This document shows positions 27,929 to 35,401 of a DNA stretch of 64,000 nucleotides, piece after piece. The position numbers were made by a program, and so were the translations under genes. The notes under the pieces were generated by a model. The model was given only the letters and a program-made list of their open reading frames with translations, had not been told where the DNA came from and ran no database searches. The stretch spans positions 477,084 to 541,083 of the forward strand of contig CAVPBF010000006.1 of assembly GCA_963701845.1 (NCBI GenBank), in the 5' to 3' direction. This stretch comes from an uncultured delta proteobacterium (GTDB lineage: Bacteria; Desulfobacterota; Desulfobaccia; Desulfobaccales; 0-14-0-80-60-11). Position 1 is the stretch's first letter. Each line of letters starts with the position of its first letter.

Positions 27929-28782
27929 TACAGCAATCCTTTTTCCTGCAGTAACGGCCGGGGGTCCACCAAATGGCGGGCGAGCCAGCCCTCTGCCTCC
28001 GGGTGCCCCAGGGCCAAGCCGATCAGCTCGGTAAAATAGAACACCGGCAGATAATAATTTTTGCCCAACTTCTTGGAGATACGCGCCTGGGATAGATCGA
28101 GGTTGGCCTGGCACATCTGGCAGGCGACCACGAAACACTCCGCCCCGGCTGCCAGGGCCCGGTCATAGAGACGGCCTACCAGCGTCTCGATGATATCCGG
28201 CCGGGACATAGACAAACCGGCACCGCAGCAGTCGGTCTTGTAGGACCAGTCGAGGGGCTCGGCCTGCAGGATCTGAAGCAAGCGCTCCAAATCTTTGGGG
28301 TTTTCCCAATCCGCTTTATCCGTGATCGCCGGCGGCCGGGAGGCCAGGCAGCCGTAATAACCCACGGCTTTCAGGCCGGTCAGGGGCCGTACCAGCTTCC
28401 GGCCCAGGCTGGACAGAAATGACTCCTGGGTCAGAAAGTCCAGCAGGTCCCAGATCTTGATGTTTCCCAGGGTCTCTTCCCGGCCCTGCTGCGCCTTTTC
28501 GGCGGCCTTGAGCCGGTTGAAGCACAGGGCGCACGGCACCACTACGTCCCGCCCTTGCTCTCGGGCCAGGGCCAGATTGCGGGCCGGAAGCTCGAGAGAG
28601 AGCTGATGATTGAGGCTGTGCGCGGCACTGGCGCCGCAGCAGTTCCAATCTTCCAGTTCCGCCAACTCCAGACCCAGCAAGGGAGTGACGGCGGCGATGG
28701 AAGCGGCGTAATCCGCCGCGGTGCCTTCCAGGGAACAGCCCGGATAATAGGATACTTTCATGAGTTTACTTAAGCCCCGCAC
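27928..28782 (-). CDS. hdrB: heterodisulfide reductase subunit B-like (two CCG domains)
   Basis: KVSYYPGCSLEGTA, NCCGASAAH, GYYGCLASRPP and TDCCGAG are CCG-domain signatures. The start may instead be the internal MKVSYY at 28761. Confidence 0.85.
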   Translation of the reverse strand: MRGLSKLMKVSYYPGCSLEGTAADYAASIAAVTPLLGLELAELEDWNCCGASAAHSLNHQLSLELPARNLALAREQGRDVVVPCALCFNRLKAAEKAQQGREETLGNIKIWDLLDFLTQESFLSSLGRKLVRPLTGLKAVGYYGCLASRPPAITDKADWENPKDLERLLQILQAEPLDWSYKTDCCGAGLSMSRPDIIETLVGRLYDRALAAGAECFVVACQMCQANLDLSQARISKKLGKNYYLPVFYFTELIGLALGHPEAEGWLARHLVDPRPLLQEKGLL

Positions 28783-29383
28783 GGTGAAAAATAGCTTTGA
28801 TCTCCCCCCGCCCTTTGAGGGCGGGCGGGCCGACCGGACGCAGACGGCCGCGTCTGAACAGGGCCCAGCCGAGCTTAGAATTTTCCCAGAGTTCCTTGAT
28901 TTGCGGCCGGCGCCAGAGTTTAAACAGGGTAAAGCGTCGCATCAACGCCACTTCAGACAAGCGCCCCCCGGCCCGGCGCAGGCTTTCCAGGAAGAAGCGA
29001 TGGAAGGCTGCGACCTCCGGCTGGGAGATGGCCTTCCCCTGCCGGATCGCCTCCTCCTTGAGCCAGTCCATGACCCCGGCGATGTCGATGCCATTGGGGC
29101 AGCGAGTGCTGCAGGTGACGCAGGCGGCGCAGACCCAGATGGTCCGGCAATTCAGGAGCGTTTCGGTCTGCCCCAGGAGGGCCAGCCGGATGACCCGGTC
29201 CGGGAGCAAATCCATGGCAAAGGTCAGGGGACAGCCGGCGGAACACTTTTTACATTGAAAACAGGAGGACACCGGCAGGGCGGCTTCCTTGGCCAGGCGC
29301 TCCGGTAAGGAAAACGAAGGAAGCACCGGTTGATTTAGGTTGATTTCCATTAAGATCGGCTCCTGTTGTTGAGAGATCTCCAT
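28766..29383 (-). CDS. hdrC: heterodisulfide reductase subunit C-like (2x[4Fe-4S])
   Basis: CFQCKKCSAGCP and CAACVTCSTRCP motifs with an HdrC-like helical body. The start is probably the second ATG (29350), which follows AGGAG. Confidence 0.8.
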   Translation of the reverse strand: MEISQQQEPILMEINLNQPVLPSFSLPERLAKEAALPVSSCFQCKKCSAGCPLTFAMDLLPDRVIRLALLGQTETLLNCRTIWVCAACVTCSTRCPNGIDIAGVMDWLKEEAIRQGKAISQPEVAAFHRFFLESLRRAGGRLSEVALMRRFTLFKLWRRPQIKELWENSKLGWALFRRGRLRPVGPPALKGRGEIKAIFHRAGLK

Positions 29384-29463
29384 CTATTGCCTGCTATTCC
29401 CGTCAGGGCTTAATCCCGGTGCCTTTACTGAGAGATACTCATTTCTGCTTGGAATGGAATTAA

Positions 29464-29478
29464 GCAAGGCATATGCCA
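29464..29478 (-). promoter_or_regulatory. sigma54 (-24/-12) promoter for the hdrC-led operon
   Basis: The minus strand reads TGGCATATGCCTTGC (TGGCAT-N5-TTGC), one mismatch to TGGCAC-N5-TTGC, about 100 nt upstream of hdrC. Confidence 0.6.
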
Positions 29479-29556
29479 AGTCCCACGTATTACCCCTAAG
29501 TGGTTATTTTTACAAACATATGGTCATTAATGCCCTAAAGCTCAGACTCTCTCAGT

Positions 29557-29573
29557 TGTCGGATAATCCCACA
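29557..29573. promoter_or_regulatory. candidate enhancer (UAS) dyad, site 1
   Basis: TGTCGGATAATCCCACA (TGT-N11-ACA around a GGATAATCC core), about 80 nt upstream of the minus-strand sigma54 promoter. Confidence 0.5.
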
Positions 29574-29622
29574 AAAACTGGGCAGAACCATTTAACTGAC
29601 TGATATTAAAACTTTTTTAAGT

Positions 29623-29639
29623 TGACGGATAATCAGACA
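29623..29639. promoter_or_regulatory. candidate enhancer (UAS) dyad, site 2
   Basis: TGACGGATAATCAGACA, flanked by TT..AA like site 1. Confidence 0.45.
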
Positions 29640-29827
29640 ATTCAACATAATACTATACCCCCGTCAGGTATATTGGTACTTTTAAATTAATTTTAAATAC
29701 TTATCTGAATTATTCAGGGCCAGACTGTCAAAAGGCCTTACCCTCAGGCCATCTCCGATCGTAGGAATATGCGACATATTAGTATTCTTAATAATTTCAA
29801 TATGATATCCAACTAATCAGCAATGTC

Positions 29828-29844
29828 TGTGGATTTATCCGACA
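29828..29844. promoter_or_regulatory. candidate enhancer (UAS) dyad, site 3
   Basis: TGTGGATTTATCCGACA, whose reverse complement is TGTCGGATAAATCCACA. About 90 nt upstream of the plus-strand sigma54 promoter. Confidence 0.5.
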
Positions 29845-29934
29845 AGCTGCCGAGGGCAGCAATATTAGTGCCGATCCTGATTTAATATAAAAATTAATAT
29901 AAAATTCCAGTGGTTACATTGCATGGCCAGTGAT

Positions 29935-29949
29935 TGGCACATTCATTGC
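29935..29949 (+). promoter_or_regulatory. sigma54 (-24/-12) promoter for the GcvH-like gene pair
   Basis: TGGCACATTCATTGC is an exact TGGCAC-N5-TTGC. AAGGAGGGG RBS at 29971-29979 and ATG at 29987. Confidence 0.7.
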
Positions 29950-29986
29950 TTTCTTTTAGGTCAAACCTCAAAGGAGGGGCGAGCTG

Positions 29987-30622
29987 ATGAACAACTTTAC
30001 GAAAATTACCAAAATGGTTGAGGTCTTCGGTTTTCAAGTCCCCGCCGACACTTATTATTTACACCGGGGCCATGCCTGGGCCAGGCTGGAAAGCGAGGAT
30101 CAGGTGCGGGTGGGCCTGGACGACTTTTCCCAAAAAATTCTGGGTCCGGCGGACGGGATCAAGTTACCCGAAGTCGGCAAGGTCTATTACCAGGATCACC
30201 TCTGCCTGGCCCTGATGAGGCAGGGGCGGAAGGCCTCCTTTGAGGCGCCCGTGGATGGCGCCATCGAGGCCGTCAACCCGAAAGTGCGCGATAACCCCAG
30301 CCTGGTTCACGACGACCCTTATGGGGAAGGCTGGATCTGTTTAATGAAACCGGTCAATCTCCAGCGCAATCTGGAACACCTGTCCTCCGGCGCAGCCAAT
30401 GTCGCCTATATCGATGCAGAGTCCCACCGGTTGATGCATCTCATGGACACCCGGGTCGGTTTCACCCTGCCGGACGGCGGCGCCATCGTCGATGACGTTT
30501 ACGGCCATTTTCAGGAGTTAGGCTGGCGGCCCCTGGTGCAGGAATTTTTCCTGCAAAACCTGACCAAAAAGGGTTTCCTGCCGGTGGCGAAATGGCAGAA
30601 GTCTAAGACAGCCGTGAGATAA
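29987..30622 (+). CDS. GcvH-like protein (subtype 2) with a conserved C-terminal extension; lipoyl-Lys position is Gly
   Basis: [28 protein letters not shown]-22 aa-APVDG and DDPYGEGW align without gaps to the E. coli GcvH core, with RQGRKA replacing ESVKAA. The extension reads AYIDAESHRLMHLM...[18 protein letters not shown]. Confidence 0.75.
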   Translation: MNNFTKITKMVEVFGFQVPADTYYLHRGHAWARLESEDQVRVGLDDFSQKILGPADGIKLPEVGKVYYQDHLCLALMRQGRKASFEAPVDGAIEAVNPKVRDNPSLVHDDPYGEGWICLMKPVNLQRNLEHLSSGAANVAYIDAESHRLMHLMDTRVGFTLPDGGAIVDDVYGHFQELGWRPLVQEFFLQNLTKKGFLPVAKWQKSKTAVR

Positions 30623-30693
30623 GCGGACCGGGGGGTGATCTCCCGGAGCCCTGTCTTGCGGTGGCAGAGCGTTAACCTAAGGGGTATGATTCA

Positions 30694-31572
30694 ATGGAAA
30701 AACCAGGTATCGAGGAGAAAAAGCCCTGCATCTGGATGGAAGCCGGGGTGATCGATTTCAAGATTTGCAATCATGATTTCGATTGTCTATCTTGCGATTT
30801 CGACCGGGTCATGAGTGAAACCGCGGCCCAGCATCCGGCCAGCCGCCCAGGCGGTGGACCGGTAGACCAGCCGGCTGCTCTGCCCCCCTGGGAGGGGAAA
30901 ATGCGGCAACGCTTCGAGGGGCAGCAGCAGTGCCGACTCATGCAGACCCGGCATTGCCACGAGTGTTCCTTCGATGAACTCCTGGAGGATCAATTTGAAT
31001 TCTTTCTGGCCCCGGAAAGACCCAGGGTGCAGGAGGTTTTCGGCATTGCGGTGCCGACCTCCAACTTTCTGCATCGGGGCCATACCTGGGTGGCCCTGGA
31101 GAACGCCGGCCGGGTCCGCATCGGCCTGGACGACTTTGCCGTGAAGGTCCTGGGGCCGCCGGATAAAATCAGCCTGCCTGACGTCGGGAAGGAGATTCAC
31201 TCCGATGAGGTGGCTCTGGTTCTATCCCGCCGCGGGAAAAAGGCCGCGGTCCTGGCGCCCCTCAACGGCGTCATCGAGGCAGTGAATCCCCAGATCCGGC
31301 AAAAGCCCGGTTTGACTCATGATGACCCCTACGGCGAAGGCTGGCTGTTCGTCGTCACCCCCAGCAATCTCAAAGCGGACCTGGAAAAAATGCTGTTTGG
31401 CCAGTGCAATGTCGCCTGGATCGACCACGAATCCCACCGACTGCTGGGCATGCTGGAAGCCGCCGCGGGCGTGACGCTGCCTTCCGGGGGAGTGATCATC
31501 GATGACGTCTTCGGCGCCTATCCGCAACTGGGCTGGAAGCGCCTGGTGCAGGAGTTTCTCCATAGCGCCTGA
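30694..31572 (+). CDS. Cys-rich N-terminal domain fused to a GcvH-like domain (subtype 1)
   Basis: N-part CIWMEAGVIDFKICNHDFDCLSC and CRLMQTRHCHEC. C-part LHRGHTWVALE...DDPYGEGW...GGVIIDDVFGAYPQLGW. It ends in EFLHSA, like the fusion protein at 17231 (EFLRSA). Confidence 0.75.
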   Translation: MEKPGIEEKKPCIWMEAGVIDFKICNHDFDCLSCDFDRVMSETAAQHPASRPGGGPVDQPAALPPWEGKMRQRFEGQQQCRLMQTRHCHECSFDELLEDQFEFFLAPERPRVQEVFGIAVPTSNFLHRGHTWVALENAGRVRIGLDDFAVKVLGPPDKISLPDVGKEIHSDEVALVLSRRGKKAAVLAPLNGVIEAVNPQIRQKPGLTHDDPYGEGWLFVVTPSNLKADLEKMLFGQCNVAWIDHESHRLLGMLEAAAGVTLPSGGVIIDDVFGAYPQLGWKRLVQEFLHSA

Positions 31573-31710
31573 TCTGAAGGTCTCTTGACTAATCGACGGG
31601 AAGGGCCCGGCCTCAGGCACCGAATGCCAGGTGCGGCTGGCGGCGCCTCGAAAAGCTGGGGGCATCTCAGGGGCGCGCCGAGCCCCGGCCGGGGCCGCGA
31701 AATTTCCTGC

Positions 31711-33057
31711 TTAATGGGTGAGTCCGTATTTCTTGATTTTCTCGTAGAGCGTGGAACGGTTGATGCGCAGAACCCGGGCGACGTTGGAGAGGTTGCCGCC
31801 TTTGGTGGCCAGGAGCTGGGCGATATGTTGGCGCTCCAGTTCCTCCAGGGATAACTCTCCGAATTCCAGCGCCTCATTGGTCGCCCCAAAGGGCAGGTCG
31901 CTGCATTTGATCTGCCGGCCTTTCCCCACGACGACCGCCCGTTCTATGGCGTTTTCCAGCTCCCGGACGTTTCCCGGCCAGGAATACCGCTGCATCGCTT
32001 CCATGGCCTTCGGATGGATGGAGTCGATCTTCTTTTTGGTCTCGGTGGCGTAGCGTCGCATGAAATGTTGTGCCAGCAAGGGAATATCTTCCAGCCGCTC
32101 CCGCAAGGGCGGCACCTGGAGATGAATGACGTTCAGGCGATAGAACAGATCCTGTCGAAAGGTTTTGCGCCGAATGGCTTCCTGGAGGTCTTGGTTAGTG
32201 GCGGCGATGACCCGAAAATCGCTGCGTAACTGGACAGTTCCCCCCACCCGGGTGAATTCCCGGGTCTCCAGGACCCGGAGCAGGTCGATCTGCATCTTCA
32301 TGGAGATGTCGCCCACCTCATCCAGGAAGAGAGTCCCGGCGTGCGCCATTTCCAGGCGACCTTTCTTGGTATATTTGGCGTCGGTGAAGGCGCCTTTTTC
32401 GTGTCCAAAGAGCTCGCTTTCCAGGAGCTGTTCCGTAAAGGCCCCACAGTTGATGGCAATGAAGGGGGCATAACACCGGGGACTCTGCGCATGGATGGCC
32501 CGGGCCACCAGTTCTTTGCCGGTACCGGTTTCCCCGGTGATCAAGATAGTGGCATCGCTCTGCGCCACATCGACAATGGTTTCGAACAGCTGCACCATAA
32601 CCGGTGACTGGCCCACCAGGTTTTCAAAGCGGGTGATAGTCGCCAGCCGCTCTTTTAAAACCAGATTCTCCATCGCCAGGTTTTGCATCTGGACCAGTTT
32701 TTCAACGGTAAAACTGAGTTCCTCCAATTCGAAGGGCTTGAGCAAATAGTCATAAGCGCCCAGCTTAATAGCTTCCACGGCGTCATGGATATCGCCGTGC
32801 GCCGTCATCATGAGGACGTTGGTCTCGATCTCGCTTTCCTTGAGTTTCTTAAGCAGGGTCAGGCCGTCCATCTCCGGCATTTTGACGTCGATGAGCAGGA
32901 TATCATAGCGATTTTCCCGGATCTTGGCCAATGCCGCGACCCCGTCTTCGGCGGTTTCCACCTCGTAGCCGCCCCTTTTCAGCCAGGCGCTCAGAGATTC
33001 GCGGATGCTCAGTTCGTCATCCACCACCAGGATGCTGATCTTGTTATGGGGCGACAC
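31711..33057 (-). CDS. sigma54-dependent response regulator (NtrC family): REC, AAA+, Fis-type HTH
   Basis: GTG start at 33057 after GGGAGAAGAAA. ILVVDDELSIRE receiver domain. GETGTGKELVARAIH Walker A. GAFTDA replaces the canonical GAFTGA. C-terminal HTH NVARVLRINRSTLYEKIKKYGL. Confidence 0.85.
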   Translation of the reverse strand: MSPHNKISILVVDDELSIRESLSAWLKRGGYEVETAEDGVAALAKIRENRYDILLIDVKMPEMDGLTLLKKLKESEIETNVLMMTAHGDIHDAVEAIKLGAYDYLLKPFELEELSFTVEKLVQMQNLAMENLVLKERLATITRFENLVGQSPVMVQLFETIVDVAQSDATILITGETGTGKELVARAIHAQSPRCYAPFIAINCGAFTEQLLESELFGHEKGAFTDAKYTKKGRLEMAHAGTLFLDEVGDISMKMQIDLLRVLETREFTRVGGTVQLRSDFRVIAATNQDLQEAIRRKTFRQDLFYRLNVIHLQVPPLRERLEDIPLLAQHFMRRYATETKKKIDSIHPKAMEAMQRYSWPGNVRELENAIERAVVVGKGRQIKCSDLPFGATNEALEFGELSLEELERQHIAQLLATKGGNLSNVARVLRINRSTLYEKIKKYGLTH

Positions 33058-35317
33058 TTTCTTCTCCCGGTTTAAAGGCGGGCAGACGGACTGTAAAGGA
33101 GGTCCCGTGCCCCACGACACTGTCCACTTTGATGGAGCCCTTGTGGTCCCGGACAATACCATAAACCACGGAGAGCCCCAAGCCTGCACCGGAGCAAGTC
33201 TTTTTCGTGGTAAAGAAGGGTTCGAAGATCTGGGAAAGATTTTCCTTAGGAATACCTTTCCCGGTGTCGGAGACCTTCACCACCACTTGATGGCGTCGGG
33301 AATTCTTCGTCTCCAGGGTGAGAGCGCCCCCCTGCGGCATAGCGTCCTGGGCGTTTAGGAAGAGATTCAAAAAGGTCTGTTTCATCTGTCCCTTATCCGC
33401 CAAGACCGGGAGCAGGTCCGGAGCCAGTTGGCGGTTCACGGTGATGCCTTGCAGCCGCATTTGGTACCCGGTAAGAGACAAGGTCTCCTCTACTACCGCG
33501 TTGAGGTCCACCGGTTCGAAATCCGGGCTGGTCTTACGGGAAAAAGCCAGAAGGTTGGCAACCGTTCGGCTGACCCGGGAGGTCTCACTATGGATCATCG
33601 TGAGATAACGGCGGATATTAGCCAAATCCTCCTCGCCCGGGGCCCCCTCCTTCAGCATGCTTTCCATCAATCTGACGAAGTTGAGTATACCGGTCAGCGG
33701 GTTATTGATTTCATGCACCACGCTGGCGGACAGCTTCCCCAAAGAGGCCATCTTGTCGTCATGGAGCAGCCGCGTGCGGGAGTTGATCTCCTGGGTGATA
33801 TCCCGGGACAGATCAACAACTTGATGAATCCGTCCTGCTTCATCATACAGCGGGTGACAGACCACGTGATAATAACGCTCGCGGCCTTCCCGGTCGAAGT
33901 GCACATGCGTGGCTGAGGCTGCCTTGCCCGTAGCCACCGCCTCTTTTAAAGGACAGGGATGATCAGGAGTGGTGCATGGTTCCTGCAAGTGGTGCGACAC
34001 CTCATAACAGTGTCTGCCCACCACTTCCTGCCATTTTAGACCCACCATCTTCAGCAAGGCCCGGTTGACTTCGATAATTTTATAGTCCAGGTCGATCACC
34101 ATCATGTGATCCTCAATGCCGTTGACAATGGTCTCAAGAAAGTCCTTCCCCTTTTTTGCCCTTTCCTCGGAACTTTTCAGCGCCTCTTCCAACTGCATGC
34201 GGGGGCTGATATCTTTGATAACCTCGATAACTCTTTTTTTGGTACCTTCCGGCGGGCACAGGGGCGACATGGTAATTTCATCATACCGGATGGTGCCGTC
34301 GGGATTGGGGAAGCCTTGCAAACCCTGGACGGTCTCACATTTTTCTAAAACGGTCGGCAAGGGACAGGGCAGGCCTTTCCGGTCGCAGGGCTCATCAAAC
34401 TGATGAAACACTTCATAACAAGGTTTGCCGATGACCTCATCCGCCTGTTTGTGGAAGCGGTTCAGAAAAGGAAGATTGGCCTCTTCCACCAGATAATTGG
34501 GTTTCAGTACCAGCACCGGATCCGGAAGGTGGTCGAAAATTCCCTGAAAGCGGTTGCGTTGGCCGGCCAACCTGATTTCACTCTCTACCTTGCTGCGCAG
34601 CCGGTCTTCCTCCCGGTGCAATAAATCCCAGAAGAGACGCGCCTTGATGTGGTCGATGATCTGAGTGTGCGGGCCCTTCCGCTGGATGATTTTATCCCGC
34701 ACCTCCGGGTCCCCGGTGAGTTCCAGGATAAGATCCGGATTCGACTCCCGGATGGGAGCTAAATCGGTAAAGGTCGGTATACCCAATTCTTTGGCCAGAA
34801 TGACACCCTGGGCCTGGGGGTTGGGATCGGCCACCCAGATGATTTCGATTCTCCGCCGGTAACGCGGTTCTCCGGAAATAAGTTTGAGAACCTCGTGACC
34901 GCCTTTACCTCCCCCCACGATGCCGATTCTCAACGGGGTAGCTTCTTGAACAGAGCTAAGATCCATGGAGATGAGGTCCCAGAAGTCCTCCCAGGAAAGG
35001 GGACGATCGACATTGAGGACCATCAATCTCGCGGGGCGCTGTTCGTCTAATTGTTTAGAGACTTCCGGGTGGCCGGTGGCGTTGACGATGATGTCTAATT
35101 CGGGGAGTTGGAATAAGTCAGTGAAATCGATGGTGACAAAAAGGTTATGCCGGTAAGCATAGACGATGCCGCGAGCATACGGGTTCAGATCCGCTACTCC
35201 CACGACGCGCAAGGGCTGGTCATCCCGGCGGAGAGGCACCAGGGCCTCCAGGATGGCCATACCTTGACGGCCCGCACCCACCAGGGCCAGATTATAGAAC
35301 GGCTTGCCGGGACTCAT
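33044..35317 (-). CDS. cytoplasmic sensor histidine kinase: two Rossmann-like GxGxxG modules, two Cys/His-rich PAS domains, HisKA, HATPase
   Basis: LALVGAGRQGMAIL and IGIVGGGKGGHEVL. PAS segments with CYEVFHQFDEPCDRKGLPCPL and CYEVSHHLQEPCTTPDHPCPL. H-box SVVHEINNPL. ATPase motifs DTGKGI and GAGLGL. No TM segment seen. Confidence 0.8.
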   Translation of the reverse strand: MSPGKPFYNLALVGAGRQGMAILEALVPLRRDDQPLRVVGVADLNPYARGIVYAYRHNLFVTIDFTDLFQLPELDIIVNATGHPEVSKQLDEQRPARLMVLNVDRPLSWEDFWDLISMDLSSVQEATPLRIGIVGGGKGGHEVLKLISGEPRYRRRIEIIWVADPNPQAQGVILAKELGIPTFTDLAPIRESNPDLILELTGDPEVRDKIIQRKGPHTQIIDHIKARLFWDLLHREEDRLRSKVESEIRLAGQRNRFQGIFDHLPDPVLVLKPNYLVEEANLPFLNRFHKQADEVIGKPCYEVFHQFDEPCDRKGLPCPLPTVLEKCETVQGLQGFPNPDGTIRYDEITMSPLCPPEGTKKRVIEVIKDISPRMQLEEALKSSEERAKKGKDFLETIVNGIEDHMMVIDLDYKIIEVNRALLKMVGLKWQEVVGRHCYEVSHHLQEPCTTPDHPCPLKEAVATGKAASATHVHFDREGRERYYHVVCHPLYDEAGRIHQVVDLSRDITQEINSRTRLLHDDKMASLGKLSASVVHEINNPLTGILNFVRLMESMLKEGAPGEEDLANIRRYLTMIHSETSRVSRTVANLLAFSRKTSPDFEPVDLNAVVEETLSLTGYQMRLQGITVNRQLAPDLLPVLADKGQMKQTFLNLFLNAQDAMPQGGALTLETKNSRRHQVVVKVSDTGKGIPKENLSQIFEPFFTTKKTCSGAGLGLSVVYGIVRDHKGSIKVDSVVGHGTSFTVRLPAFKPGEESVAP

Positions 35318-35401
35318 GATGAACTTGATGGCCGGATTTCCTGCCAGGCGCCTCCAATTTCAACCGGTTTCTTTACATAATAGCATGGACGCCGGAAGTT
35401 T

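Noticed and set aside
29987-31572. The GcvH-like proteins as ordinary lipoyl carriers (glycine cleavage H protein or LbpA of the sulfur-oxidising sHdr system) serving as the dithiol substrate of HdrBC.
   Set aside because: In a gapless alignment to E. coli GcvH, the lipoyl-lysine column is Gly in all four copies. The only nearby Lys (+2) is missing in the fused copy. No gcvT, gcvP or lipoate ligase genes are in the window. This is kept only as an alternative to be excluded experimentally.
31573-31710. GC palindrome GCCCCGGCCGGGGC between the convergent GcvH-like gene and the regulator gene, as a terminator.
   Set aside because: No adjacent U-run on either strand, so the call is too weak to list as a feature.
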